A stretch of DNA of 64,000 bases from an uncultured delta proteobacterium (GCA_963785725.1 CAWAWS010000026.1:96001-160000); one strand, 5' to 3'. Shown: positions 9,839 through 21,831, counted from the stretch's first letter. Notes: generated by a model not told the origin, from the sequence alone. Translations and numbers: made by a program.

Positions 9839-10817
9839 TCAGCGGTGGCTGGCGCGCGTCAGCCGGTCGGCGACGGCGAGCCAGGCTTCGTCGTCCGCCG
9901 GCGGCGCCTCGACGGCGATGAGGGTAACGCTGTCGTCGTCGAGCGCGTGCAGCGCGGCGAAAAGCCCGTGGCCGTAAGCGCTCGCATCGTCGGGCAAGCT
10001 GACGGCGCGCACCGTCGGCGGCAAAGGTGGCAGCGCGCCGCGGACGAGGAGGGCCGCGCCGGCGCCGTGCGCGATGGCGGCGGCGACGGCCTCGGCGCGC
10101 GAATGAAGGCGCAAGGGCGCGCGCGGCGCGTAGTGCACGGCGTCTTGTCCCGGCGAGTGGCGCTCGGCTTCGTCGACGATGACGGCGGCCGCCCGCTCTA
10201 GCTCGGGGACCTCGCGGCGCAGCTCGGCCAGCGGCAGCGCGCCCGGACGCAACAGGCGCGGCGGCTCGACGGTCAAGTCGAGCACGGTCGACTCGAGGCC
10301 GGCCGCGCACGGCCCGCCGTCGAGGACGAGCGGCACGGCGTCACCGAGCGAGCGCACGACGTGCTGCGCCGTCGTCGGCGACAGCGTCTGATAGCGGTTG
10401 GCGCTGGGCGCGGCGATGGGCTCGCCGAGCGCGCGCAACAGCGCCTGCGCTACCGGATGCGCCGGCGCGCGCACGGCCACCGTCGGCTTGCCGCCCGACA
10501 ACTCCGCCGGCACCGACGGCGCGCGCGGCACGATGAGCGTCAACGGCCCGGGCCAGAAGCGCGCCGCCAGCCGCGCCGCCCGCGCGTCCCAGCGCGTCGT
10601 CAGGCGCTCGGCGCCGGCCGCATCGGCGACGTGCGCGATGAGCGGATGCGTCGCCGGTCGACCCTTGGCGGCGAAGATGCGGGCGATGGCCGCCGCTGAT
10701 GAGGGCGCGCGCGCCCAGGCCGTACACGGTCTCCGTCGGAAACGCGACCAGCTCGCCGGCGGCCAACAGCCGTGCCGCTTCGGCGATCGCCGCGGCATCG
10801 GCGACACGGACGCTCAC
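9839..10817 (-). CDS. tsaC: L-threonylcarbamoyladenylate synthase (Sua5/TsaC), frameshifted near 10700
   Basis: VAFPTETVYGLGA in one frame; AKGRP..PLIAHV, FWPGPLT, APSANR and HYAP in the next. Confidence 0.85.
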
Positions 10818-10836
10818 GCGCGTTCCCTTCGGTCGC

Positions 10837-13290
10837 TCACGGAAGGCGGTCCAGTCGCCGCTGCTGCAGCCGCTCGAGCCACACGAGGAACGCCGGCATG
10901 CCGACGACCGCCGCCGACAAGCAGGCCACCTCGCCCAGGATCGCCATCTCGCCAAAGGAGCGCAGCGCCTGGTTGTCGGCGACCAGCAGCGCCGCGTAGC
11001 CGATGATTGTCGTCAAGGAGCAGAGCGCGACCGCGCCGCCGGTCGCGCGCACGGCGCGGCCGACGCGTCCGCGCCCTTCGAGCTTGTAGCGCAAGTATAT
11101 GTTGATGCCGTAGTCGACGCCGATACCGAAGGTGATGGGCACGGCGATGAAGTTGAGGAAGTTGGTGCGCACGCCGGTCCAGGCGGCGGTGCCGAGCATC
11201 CACAACACGCCGGCGACGAGCGTCGGCAGGACGAGCGCGGCGCCGCGGCGGCCGGCGAGCACGAGGACGAGCAGCGCCACCGCCAAGAACGACACGCTCG
11301 TCGCCAGCGGCGCGTCGTGCACGATCGAGCGGATCATGGCCGCGAAGATGACGGCGTGGCCCGAGCTGCGCACGAGCGTGCCGTCGTCGAGCGTGATCTC
11401 GCCGATGATGTCGGCGATGCGCATGAGGTTGCGGCCGTCCCACACGCTGACGTGCTGATCGTGATAGACGAGCACGACCCGGCCGATGGTGCCGTCGGTC
11501 TCGATGAACGGCCGCTTGACCTCCATCGGCAGGTCGGCGTCGCTCACCGTCGTCAAGGACTCGGGCGGACGCAGCTTGACGAGGTCGGCGCGATCGCGCT
11601 CCTCGGCCAGCTGCGCCGCCGGCGAGTCGATGATCTCGCGCAGCTCGGCCAGCACCGCCAGCTTCGTCTTCTGCAGTAGCAGATCGCCGGGCAAGAAGTC
11701 GTCGAGGATGGTCACCTGGCCGAGCATCGGGTCGCCGGGCAGCGAGTGATCGCGTTGGAGCACTTTCTTACGGATTTCGTCGGCGTGCTCGCGCTTGTCG
11801 GCGATGACGACGGCCGGCGTCAGCGTGCGGCCGAACACCGGGTCGACGCGCTCGGCCAGCCGCGCCGCGCCCGACGTCAGGCTGCGCTTGTTGCGCAAGT
11901 TGCGGAAGTCGTACTCGAACGGATCGTGCAGATAGCGATGCAGCGGCAGCACCGACACCACCGTCAACAGGCCGAAGACGGCGAGGCAGGTGCGCGGCGC
12001 TTGCGTGGCGATGCGCGCGACCAAGTCCGAGAACGCCGTCACCGGCGGGGCGAAGCGGCGTGCGGTGCGCTCGCGATGGTCGAACGCCGCCCACAACGCC
12101 GGCAGGACGATGACCGTCGCCGCCCAAGCCGCGACCATGCCCAAGCCGCCGATGGTGCCGAACTGCGAGAAGCCGCGAAAGCGCGTGATGATGAGCGACG
12201 CGTAAGCGACGGCGGCGCCGAGCGCGGCGACGGCGGTCGGGCGAATCGTGGCCGCGAGCGCGATGCCGGCGGCGTCGCGCGGCGATTTGCCGGCGCGCCG
12301 CTCTTCTTCGTAGCGCGCCAATTGGATGATGGGGAAGTTGATGCCGTTGCCGACGACGATCGAGCCCATGAACGCCGTCGACGCGTTGAGGTAGCCGAAG
12401 AGCAGCTCGGCCATGCCGAAGGCGAAGGCGACGCCCATGAGCGCGGGGATGCCGACGAAGGGAATGGCGCGGAAACGGCCGTAAAAGACGATGACGACGA
12501 AGCAGACGAGGACGATGCAGACCGCCGTCGCCATCACGAGGTCGCTCTCGAGCGCTTCGCGCTCCTCGATCTGCGACATGACGTCGCCGGTGAGCCCGAC
12601 TTTCATGCTCGGGTTGTACGAGGTCGGATTGGCGGCGGCGATGAGCTTGCGCGACGCGTCCGCCAGTCGCTCGCCGGCGCGCTCGGCGAAGAGGCCACCC
12701 GGCGGACGACAGACGATGACGACGATGCGCCCCTTGCGCCCTTCGAGGAAGCCCGACGGGAACGAGTTCATGACGCCGCCGCGATCGCGCATGCGCTTGA
12801 CGATGGCCTGCGGATCTTCGTCCTCGCCGAGGATGTCGACGTAGAGCGGGTTCTTCTTCTTGCGAATCTCGGCCTTGAGCGAGTCGCGCAGCGCGATCAG
12901 CTCCGACAAGGGCGCATACAGCCACTGCCGCGACGTGAAGAACTCGCGCTCGGCGCGCACGTCGTAGACCGCCGACTGGATGACCTCGGGCGGCAACTTG
13001 CGCAGCTCCTCCGTCAGCTTCCCGGCCAGCTTCAAGTTGGCGTCGCGATCGGGGCTCTCGATCGCGATCTCCAAGATCGCCGTGCCGCCGATGCGCTTCG
13101 ACAGATACTGCAGCTCCTCGACCGCCGGGTCGCGCGAGGGCAACAGCTCGGCCACGTTGGTGCGCAGCTCGAGCCGCGTCGCCAAGAGCGCGAACACGAG
13201 CGTCACCAGTGTCGCCGCGGTCAAGACGAGGCGATAGCGTCTCCAGATGAAATCGAGCCAGCGGTCGGTCAGGGCGGTTGCTGCGCGCAC
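10837..13290 (-). CDS. MMPL/RND family transporter
   Basis: Duplicated TM bundles with GNGINFPI and GIGVDYGI motifs; GTG 13290 follows an extended -10. Confidence 0.8.
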   Translation of the reverse strand: MRAATALTDRWLDFIWRRYRLVLTAATLVTLVFALLATRLELRTNVAELLPSRDPAVEELQYLSKRIGGTAILEIAIESPDRDANLKLAGKLTEELRKLPPEVIQSAVYDVRAEREFFTSRQWLYAPLSELIALRDSLKAEIRKKKNPLYVDILGEDEDPQAIVKRMRDRGGVMNSFPSGFLEGRKGRIVVIVCRPPGGLFAERAGERLADASRKLIAAANPTSYNPSMKVGLTGDVMSQIEEREALESDLVMATAVCIVLVCFVVIVFYGRFRAIPFVGIPALMGVAFAFGMAELLFGYLNASTAFMGSIVVGNGINFPIIQLARYEEERRAGKSPRDAAGIALAATIRPTAVAALGAAVAYASLIITRFRGFSQFGTIGGLGMVAAWAATVIVLPALWAAFDHRERTARRFAPPVTAFSDLVARIATQAPRTCLAVFGLLTVVSVLPLHRYLHDPFEYDFRNLRNKRSLTSGAARLAERVDPVFGRTLTPAVVIADKREHADEIRKKVLQRDHSLPGDPMLGQVTILDDFLPGDLLLQKTKLAVLAELREIIDSPAAQLAEERDRADLVKLRPPESLTTVSDADLPMEVKRPFIETDGTIGRVVLVYHDQHVSVWDGRNLMRIADIIGEITLDDGTLVRSSGHAVIFAAMIRSIVHDAPLATSVSFLAVALLVLVLAGRRGAALVLPTLVAGVLWMLGTAAWTGVRTNFLNFIAVPITFGIGVDYGINIYLRYKLEGRGRVGRAVRATGGAVALCSLTTIIGYAALLVADNQALRSFGEMAILGEVACLSAAVVGMPAFLVWLERLQQRRLDRLP

Positions 13291-13346
13291 GGCGGGGGAC
13301 CTTAGCACGCTTGCCTGAGCGCGCCTGCTGACCTATAACGCGCGCG

Positions 13347-14483
13347 ATGGCGAGCGCAACCGATTGTGTCATCGTCGGCGCCGGCGTCGTCGGTCTGACG
13401 GCGGCGTTGCGGCTGCGCGCGGCGGGCGTCACGGTCGCGATCGTCGATCCGGCCGAGCCCGGGCGCGAGTCGTCGTGGGCGGCGGCGGGCATCTTGGCGC
13501 CGCAGGTCGAAGCGCACGGTCCGGGCCCGCTGTTCGACCTCTTGCGCGCCAGCTGCCGGCTGTGGCCCGATTGGGCCGCCGAGCTGCGCGCCCAAAGCGG
13601 CGTCGACATCGGCTATCGGCAAGAGGGCACGCTCGTCGTCGCGCCCGACGAAGCGGCGGCGGCGCGGCTGGAGGCGAGCTGCGCCTGGCAAGGGCGCGCC
13701 GGCCTGCCGCTGCAACGTCTAACGCCGCAGGAGCTTCGCGAGCGCGAGCCGTCGTTGGCGCCGGCGCTGGCGGGCGTCTGGCTGCCGGAAGATCGGCAGC
13801 TCGACAGCCGCGCGCTCGTCTGCGCATTGGTTGCGGTTTGCCGCGCGGCCGGCGTCGAATTCGTGCGTGCCGCGGTGCGCGCCGTTCGCCACGACGGCAC
13901 GCGCGTCCTCGGCGTCGAGCTCGACGGCGGCGTGCGCGCGGCCGGCCACGTCGTCGTCGCCGCCGGCGCCTGGAGCGCCGAGCTCGCCGGCGTGCCGCTG
14001 CCGCCCGGCGCCGTCTTTCCCGTGCGCGGCCAAATGCTCGCGCTGCGCGCTCCCGTCGACGCGCTGCGCCACATCGTCTTCGGGGCCGGCGGCTACTTGG
14101 TCCCGCGCAGCGACGGACGCATCCTGTGCGGCTCGACCGAGGAGCGCGTCGGCTTTGCGCGCGCGACGACCGCCGCCGGCTTGGCCGAGCTCGAGTCGCG
14201 CGCCGCGCAGCTGTGTCCGCCGCTGGCGGCAGCGCCGCGCGTCGATCATTGGGCCGGTCTGCGCCCGGCGTCGCACGACGGCCTGCCGTTCATCGGCGCC
14301 ACCGCCATCGCCGGCCTGCACCTCGCGACCGGCCATTTCCGCAACGGCATCGTGCTCGCGCCGCTGACCGCCGCCATCGTGACCGCGCTCGTCACCAACC
14401 GCGCGCCGCCGGTCGATCTCGCGCCGCTCTCGCCGGCTCGCCAAATCATGGGCCGAAATATCGACCCGGACATTCGATCGTAA
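13347..14483 (+). CDS. thiO: Glycine oxidase ThiO (DAO family)
   Basis: GAGVVG Rossmann motif, SSWAAAGILAP, PVRGQ, GLRP, GHFRNGIVLAP. Confidence 0.85.
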   Translation: MASATDCVIVGAGVVGLTAALRLRAAGVTVAIVDPAEPGRESSWAAAGILAPQVEAHGPGPLFDLLRASCRLWPDWAAELRAQSGVDIGYRQEGTLVVAPDEAAAARLEASCAWQGRAGLPLQRLTPQELREREPSLAPALAGVWLPEDRQLDSRALVCALVAVCRAAGVEFVRAAVRAVRHDGTRVLGVELDGGVRAAGHVVVAAGAWSAELAGVPLPPGAVFPVRGQMLALRAPVDALRHIVFGAGGYLVPRSDGRILCGSTEERVGFARATTAAGLAELESRAAQLCPPLAAAPRVDHWAGLRPASHDGLPFIGATAIAGLHLATGHFRNGIVLAPLTAAIVTALVTNRAPPVDLAPLSPARQIMGRNIDPDIRS

Positions 14484-14494
14484 CGTCCGTCGCT

Positions 14495-14510
14495 GGGCGC
14501 GCCCTTTGCA
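14495..14510 (+). promoter_or_regulatory. Possible sigma54 promoter for the small acidic protein-USP pair
   Basis: GGGCGCGCCCTTTGCA = GG-N10-GC; predicted +1 about 14521, 2 nt before the ATG. Confidence 0.5.
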
Positions 14511-14522
14511 CCAGCCTCGGGC

Positions 14523-14753
14523 ATGGACCTGCGCTGCAAAGTCTTCCGTGGCTCCGAGGCCGGGCTGCTCGAAGCCGACATCAACCACTTCTTGTCCGAT
14601 GAGATCGTGCAAGAAGGCGAGCTGCAGCTCGAGGAGATCACGCAGAGCGAAGGTCCCGGCGGCGTGACGGTTACGCTCTGGTATTCGCTGACCGAGCTAG
14701 AGCCCGAGCTGGACGACGAGGTCGTCGATGCGCGATCGCTGGAAGTGTCGTGA
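14523..14753 (+). CDS. Small acidic hypothetical protein (76 aa)
   Basis: Host-like codon usage; stop overlaps the USP start. Confidence 0.6.
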   Translation: MDLRCKVFRGSEAGLLEADINHFLSDEIVQEGELQLEEITQSEGPGGVTVTLWYSLTELEPELDDEVVDARSLEVS

Positions 14754-15208
14754 TGCGCGCGCGCCGAATCCTCGTGCCCATCGATTTTTCGGACGGCTCG
14801 ACCGAGGCGTTCGCGACTGGGCTGGCGATGGCCAAAGAGAGCGGGGCGCAGCTGACGCTGCTGCACGTCATGCACGTGGCGATGACGACGCTGCCCGATG
14901 TCGCCATGCTCAGCCCCGACGTGCAGCGCAGCGTCGAGGAGTCGGTCGAGAGCGGCCTCGTCACGCTCTGCGAGCGCGCGAGCGCGGCCGGCGTCGTCTC
15001 CGACTGGCACGTCACCTTCGGCTCGACCGCGGTCGAGATCTGCCAGCTGGCGCAAGATCTCGGCATCGATCTCATCGTCATCGGCAGCCACGGCGGCGGC
15101 GCGCTGGCGCACGCGATCTTGGGCTCCGTCGCCGAGCGGGTCGTGCGCAAAGCCTCCTGCCCGGTGCTGACCGTGCGCCCGCAAAGCCAGTCGTCGCTGC
15201 ATCCGTGA
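14750..15208 (+). CDS. Universal stress protein
   Basis: ILVPIDFS, DLIVIGSHG, LGSVAERVVRKASCPVLTV. Confidence 0.92.
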   Translation: MMRARRILVPIDFSDGSTEAFATGLAMAKESGAQLTLLHVMHVAMTTLPDVAMLSPDVQRSVEESVESGLVTLCERASAAGVVSDWHVTFGSTAVEICQLAQDLGIDLIVIGSHGGGALAHAILGSVAERVVRKASCPVLTVRPQSQSSLHP

Positions 15209-15225
15209 CGTGCTAGCGTGCGCGC

Positions 15226-18165
15226 GTGGCTGGCATACTGGACCGACGGCGGACCGTCAGGCGTGCGCTCGCCGCGGGCGTCGTCCTCGGTGCATTCGCC
15301 GGCGCGCTCGTCGGCATTCTGGAAGCGACGTGGGTGCTCGTCACCGCCGGCGCGTCGTTCGACGGCGACGCCGAGGTGGCGCGTTTTTGTGCCGCCGCCG
15401 TCGGCCTGCTCGTCGGCGCCGGCGCGCTCGCCGGCCTCGCCGAAGCGCTAGCCGCAGCAGCCGTCACCGAAGCCGCGCACCTCGCCGGCGAGCACAAGCG
15501 CGACACCGCGCTGTGGCAGGCGCGGCTGTACACGACGCTCGCCGTCGTGCCGGTGGCGCTCTTGTGCGCGCAGATCTTCAACGGCCCACGCGCCCGCACC
15601 ATCGCGCATCACGACGTCTATGCGATCGTCATCGGCGTCGTCATGCTGGCGGGGCTGTGGCTGGTGGTGCGGCTGTGGCAGCGGCTCTATCGCGACACCA
15701 TGCCGCCTTCGACGGCCTGGTCCTTCGTCGTCATCGCGGCCGTGGCGACCTACGGGCTCTATCGCGTCGACCAGCAGGTGCTGGTGCGGCTCTATCCGTT
15801 CTTTCACCTGGCGCTAGCCGTGCTGGTGTTCGTGGGCGCGCAGGTCGTCGTCGCGCTGGCGCATCTGGGCGCGCGGCGACGGACGGTGCGGCTGCTTCGC
15901 CCGCGCGCGGCCCTGGCCATCGGCTGCCTGGCGCTGACGGCGGGCGCGCTGTCGCTGGCGCTGGTCGGCAAGACGCGCGCGCTGCGGGCCGTGCTGGTCG
16001 AGCGCGCCGTCGTGGCGTCGCCGATCGTGCGCGCGTTCGCGCACGCCGAGGCGCCCGCGCCGGTCGCGACGACGAGCGTGACCGACGAGGCGCCGGCCTT
16101 GCCCGAGGGTCCGCAGCTGCCGGCCGGCGACGTCGTCCTCATCACCGTCGACGCCATGCGCGCCGATCGGGTGACGCCGCGGACGGCGCCGTTCCTGTCG
16201 TCGCTGGCGGCGACCGGCGTCGTCTTCGAGCGCGCCTACACGCAAGTGCCGCACACGTCGTTCAGCCTGGCGACGCTGCTCACGGGCAAGTTCGTGTTCG
16301 CGCTCTCGACGCTGGGGCTCGACTCGGCCGCGCACGAGACGCTGCCCGAGGTCCTGCGCCGCGAGCGCTACAAGACGGCCGCGTTCTTCCCGCCGTCGGT
16401 GTTCACGATCGATCGCGAGCGGCTGAAGTCGATGGAGGACGCGCATTACGGCTTCGAGTACGTCAAATACGAGCACATGGACGCGCCCGGTCGCACCGAT
16501 CAGGTCATCCACTTCTACGACACGGTGAAGCCGGAGCGCGCGTTCGTCTGGATCCACTATTTCGAGCCGCACGAGCCCTACGACTTGCATCCGGGCCCGT
16601 TCGCGCAGGCGCACGAGGCGGTCGATCGCTACGACGGCGAGGTCCGCTTCGTCGACGACGAGCTCGCGCGCCTGGTCGGCTACTTGAAGCAGACGCGACC
16701 GCACGCCCTCGTCATCGTCGCCGCCGATCACGGCGAGGAGTTCGGCGAGCACGGCGGGCGCTATCACGGCACGACGCTGTACGAAGAGCAGGAGCACGTG
16801 CCGCTCATCTTCGCTACCGTCGACGGGCAGGGCTTGGTGCCGCACCATGTCGCCGCGCCGGTCGGGCTCGTCGACGTCGCGCCCACGATCTTGGCGCTGG
16901 CGGGGATTTTGCCGTCGGCGAAGATGCGCGGGCGCGACTTGGGGCCGTGGCTGCTGCCGCCCGACAAGATGGCGCCGGTCAACGCGCACGGCCCGGTGTT
17001 CGCCGAGATCGGTCAGCAAAAGATGATCGTCGACGGTCAGCACAAGCTCATCTGCGACTTGGCGACCGACGCCTGCAACGCCTTCGATTTGGCGGCCGAT
17101 CCGGGCGAGCGGCACAATCGCATCGACGAGCCGTTCGCCGCCGACCTGCGCCGCAAGCTCGACGGCTGGATGGCGGCCGAGTCGCGCTTCGAGAGCGGCG
17201 CCGGCACGAGCGGCGACGCGCGCACCCGCCGCATCATCGAGCGGGCGCGGCTCGGCGACAAGACGGCGGCGCTCGACCTCGTGCCGCTGGCGGGCGACGC
17301 GACGCTGGCGCCGGAGCTGGCGCGCTTGTGGGCCGCGCTGCCGCCCAATCCGTCGACGCGCGAGACGCTGGCGCGCCTGGCGCTCGACGCGACCTCGTCG
17401 GCGCCGGCGCGCGAGTGGAGCGACGTCGCGCTGGCGCGGCTCGGCGACACCGCCGCGCGCGATCGTCTGCCGGCGCGCCTCGAGCGCGCCTGCGCCGACG
17501 GCGTCAGCGGCGACTTCTGCGCCCGCGCCGCCTTGGCCGACGGCGAGACGCGCTGGCTCGCGCGCGCGCTCGAGCGCGGCGACGCCGACGAGGCCGTGCA
17601 GATCGAGCTGACCCGCGCGCTCGGCCGCAGCCACGACCCGGCGGCGCTCGATCCGCTGATGCTGCAGCTGGCCAACGTGCGCACGCGCGTCGAGACCATC
17701 GCGGCCTTGGCGCAGCTCGATGACGCGCGCACCTTGCCGACGCTGCTCGAGTGGGTCGGCGCCGAGCCCTACGTGACGGCGCGGGCGCGGATGGTCGCGC
17801 TCGTCGCGCAGCTCGGCCGCCACGACGTGCCGGCGACGCGCGCCGCGCTGGCGCAGCTGGCGGCGACCGAGCGCGAGCCGCCGGTGATGGCCGCGCTCTT
17901 GCCCGCCTTGCACGCGCTCGGCGACCGCGGCGTCGTCGACTTGGCGGCCCACAATCCGCCGCTGCGCGCGCTGTCCGGCGGGGAATTGTGGCTCGCCGGC
18001 AGCGGCACCGGCTCGGTCGACGTCACCATCGGATCGGCGGCGCAGCGCGTCCAGCTCGTCGACGGCATCGCCCGCGCGGCCACCGCTCGCGCCGGCAGCG
18101 CGCGCCTGCGCGTCATCGACGGCGACGCGCGCCCGCAGCTCGGCTTCAGCCGCCCGGCGCCTTAG
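15226..18165 (+). CDS. Membrane-anchored sulfatase-like (alkaline phosphatase superfamily) protein with C-terminal HEAT-like repeats
   Basis: N-terminal TM helices; VVLITVDAMRAD, HYFEPHEPY, YDGEV, ADHGEEFGEHG; helical C-terminus. Confidence 0.8.
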   Translation: MAGILDRRRTVRRALAAGVVLGAFAGALVGILEATWVLVTAGASFDGDAEVARFCAAAVGLLVGAGALAGLAEALAAAAVTEAAHLAGEHKRDTALWQARLYTTLAVVPVALLCAQIFNGPRARTIAHHDVYAIVIGVVMLAGLWLVVRLWQRLYRDTMPPSTAWSFVVIAAVATYGLYRVDQQVLVRLYPFFHLALAVLVFVGAQVVVALAHLGARRRTVRLLRPRAALAIGCLALTAGALSLALVGKTRALRAVLVERAVVASPIVRAFAHAEAPAPVATTSVTDEAPALPEGPQLPAGDVVLITVDAMRADRVTPRTAPFLSSLAATGVVFERAYTQVPHTSFSLATLLTGKFVFALSTLGLDSAAHETLPEVLRRERYKTAAFFPPSVFTIDRERLKSMEDAHYGFEYVKYEHMDAPGRTDQVIHFYDTVKPERAFVWIHYFEPHEPYDLHPGPFAQAHEAVDRYDGEVRFVDDELARLVGYLKQTRPHALVIVAADHGEEFGEHGGRYHGTTLYEEQEHVPLIFATVDGQGLVPHHVAAPVGLVDVAPTILALAGILPSAKMRGRDLGPWLLPPDKMAPVNAHGPVFAEIGQQKMIVDGQHKLICDLATDACNAFDLAADPGERHNRIDEPFAADLRRKLDGWMAAESRFESGAGTSGDARTRRIIERARLGDKTAALDLVPLAGDATLAPELARLWAALPPNPSTRETLARLALDATSSAPAREWSDVALARLGDTAARDRLPARLERACADGVSGDFCARAALADGETRWLARALERGDADEAVQIELTRALGRSHDPAALDPLMLQLANVRTRVETIAALAQLDDARTLPTLLEWVGAEPYVTARARMVALVAQLGRHDVPATRAALAQLAATEREPPVMAALLPALHALGDRGVVDLAAHNPPLRALSGGELWLAGSGTGSVDVTIGSAAQRVQLVDGIARAATARAGSARLRVIDGDARPQLGFSRPAP

Positions 18166-18502
18166 GTCCGACCGCGCCCGCGATCCACGCCAGATAGGGC
18201 GCATGACCGGCCACGATCGGCAGCGCGATCACCTCCGGCAGCTCATACGGATGCAGCTCGAGGACGCGCGCCCGCAGCCGCTCGAAGCCATCGCGCGTCG
18301 TCTTCATCAGGCACAGCTGCTCGCGATCGTGCTCGACGCGGCCTTGCCAACGATAGGTCGACGTCACCTCTGGCAGCACATTGACACACGCCGCCAGCGC
18401 TTCGCCCACCAGCGTCTCGGCCAGCCGCGCCGCCACTTCCGCGTTCGGCACGGTCACCAGCACCACGATCGCGTCGCTCGCCTCGGCAGTCGTCACCGGC
18501 AT
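18146..18502 (-). CDS. cutA: Divalent-cation tolerance protein CutA
   Basis: LAACVN, STYRWQG, HPYELPEVIALP. Confidence 0.92.
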   Translation of the reverse strand: MPVTTAEASDAIVVLVTVPNAEVAARLAETLVGEALAACVNVLPEVTSTYRWQGRVEHDREQLCLMKTTRDGFERLRARVLELHPYELPEVIALPIVAGHAPYLAWIAGAVGPKAPGG

Positions 18503-18540
18503 ATCTTGACGCGCCCGCGGGATCAGGAAAAGATCCAACG

Positions 18541-19311
18541 ATGCGACTATTTTGGGCGTTGGCTGCGCTGACGCTCCTGTGCAGCCTCGCGCGACCGGCC
18601 CTGGCCCTGTCCGAAGAGGACGAGCGCGCCAAGGCGCACTTCTTGGCCGGGCAGTCTTATTACGATCAGGCCAGCTACGCCGACGCGCTCAAAGAGTTCA
18701 ACGAAGCCTATCGTCTGTCGAAGAAGCCGGCGCTGCTCTACAACATCGCCCGCTGCTTCGAAGGCTTGGGGCAGCTCGGCGACGCGGTGAGCATGCTCGA
18801 GCGCTACTTGACCGACGAGCCGGATACGTCGGATCGCACGTCGATCGAGGAGCGCATTCGCAACCTGAAGGAGCGCCAAAAGCGCGCCGCCGAAGCCGCC
18901 GCGCCGCCGCCGCCCGCGCCGCCGAAGGTCGCGGAGGCGCCCGCGCCGCCGCCGCCGCCGCCGCCGGTCAGCGACCACGCGCCACGCCACCGTCGCTGGA
19001 CCTATATCGTCGGCGGCGCCGGCATCGCCATCTTGGGCGGCGCGCTCGGCACCGGCCTCGCCAGCCAGCTCGACTACAACAGCTTGCACGACGACTGCCC
19101 AAACAAGACCTGCGCCGGCGTCGCCAACGCCCAGTCGCGCATCGACAGCGGCAAGCAGCTCAGCCTCGCCACCGACGTCTTATGGCCGGTCGGCGCCGCC
19201 GCCGTCGCCACCGGCATCGTCCTCTTCTTCGTCGAAGGTCGGCATGCACACGTCCACGCGACCTTGGCGCCGTTTCATACCGGAGGTCCACTGCATGCGT
19301 CTACTTGGTAG
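18541..19311 (+). CDS. Secreted TPR protein with Pro-rich linker and C-terminal hydrophobic segments
   Basis: Signal peptide; AKAHFLAGQSYY...LLYNIARC TPR. Confidence 0.7.
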   Translation: MRLFWALAALTLLCSLARPALALSEEDERAKAHFLAGQSYYDQASYADALKEFNEAYRLSKKPALLYNIARCFEGLGQLGDAVSMLERYLTDEPDTSDRTSIEERIRNLKERQKRAAEAAAPPPPAPPKVAEAPAPPPPPPPVSDHAPRHRRWTYIVGGAGIAILGGALGTGLASQLDYNSLHDDCPNKTCAGVANAQSRIDSGKQLSLATDVLWPVGAAAVATGIVLFFVEGRHAHVHATLAPFHTGGPLHASTW

Positions 19312-20558
19312 CCTTGTCTTATTGACGCTGGGCGGCTGCACCGCCATCGACAACTTCGGCCAATTCAAGATCGGCAGCAGCACCAGCAACGACGATCTCG
19401 GCAGCGCCTGCACCGGCGGCTGCACCTGCATCCCCGCCGACACGACGCTCGGCATCCCTGCGCACTGCGCCTTCGCCCCGTCGAACAGCCTGACCTGCGC
19501 CGGCCACGACGCCGACACGCTCACGCTCAACGGCGCCTACACCATCGTCACCGGCGATCCTGCCGTCACCACGACGCCGCCGCGTATGACCGGCCCCGGC
19601 ATCAGCATCGCCGGCTCCGTCGACGGCAACGTCGCCACCTTCTGCATCGGCTCCTTGGTCACCACCGGCTCGTCGACGATCGCCATCACCGGCCATCGCC
19701 CGCTCGCCATCTTGGCCGACTCCAACATCCAATTCAGCGGCACCATCACGCTCGGCGGTGTCTACGCCATCGACGAGAACGGCACCGCCGGCGGTCCCGG
19801 CGGCACGCCCGGCGGCGACCAAGCCACCGACGGCACCGGCACCAGCGCCGGCAAAGGCGGCAGCACCGGCAGCGCCACCATGGGCACCGGCGGCGGCTCG
19901 GGCGGCTCGCGGCGCCGGCGGCGCGATCGCCGGCGGCCTCGGCGGCTCGTCGACGAACGGCATGACCACCGCCGGCGGCCCCGCCATCGGCAGCGGCAAC
20001 AACCCCAGCGGCTACGGCGGTGGCGGCGGCGGCGCCGGGCAGAACGGGGCCAAAGGCGGCGGCGGCGGTGGCGGCGGCGGCGTCTTGCAGCTCACCGCCG
20101 GCTACCTCTTGTCGATCGCCGGCGGCGTCGACGCGTCGGGCGGCGGCGGCGCCGGCGGCGGCCCAGCGGCGATGGGCGCCGGCGGTGGCGGCGGCGGCGG
20201 CTCGGGCGGCTCGCTCTTCCTCGAAGGCCCGACGGTGATGGTGTCGAGCTCGAGCTGCCTGTCGGTCGTCGGCGGTCCCGGCGGCGGTGGTGGCGGCCCG
20301 CTCGTGCGCGGCGGCGACGCCAAGGCCGGCAGCGGCTGCGGCTTCGCGGGAACCAGCGGCGCGGGCGGCGGGAATGGCGGCGGCGCCGGCGCGCAGCCGC
20401 AGAGCGGCAACAACAACGGCGGCAACGCCACGGCGGTCGGCGGCGGCGGCGGCGGCCTCGGCGGCTACGGCCACGTCGTCATCCGCACGCACAGCCCGCC
20501 GACCGCGGCCGCGAGCGGCGCCGTGCCCGCGGCGGCCTACACCGCGATGGCGCTCTGA
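19295..20558 (+). CDS. Glycine-rich lipoprotein, frameshifted near 19910
   Basis: MRLLGSLVLLTLGGC lipobox; the Gly-rich tract continues in the 19758..20558 frame. Confidence 0.65.
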
Positions 20559-20564
20559 CGCTCC

Positions 20565-20593
20565 TTGACGCAGTGCGCTTAGCTCGTTACGGT
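20565..20593 (+). promoter_or_regulatory. sigma70-type promoter of lysC (probably leaderless)
   Basis: TTGACG-17 nt-TACGGT, ending 8 nt before the ATG. Confidence 0.65.
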
Positions 20594-20601
20594 CTCATTC
20601 C

Positions 20602-21831
<1,230 letters not shown>

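Noticed and set aside
19800..20470. GGC runs as a DNA tandem repeat
   Set aside because: Explained by poly-Gly coding
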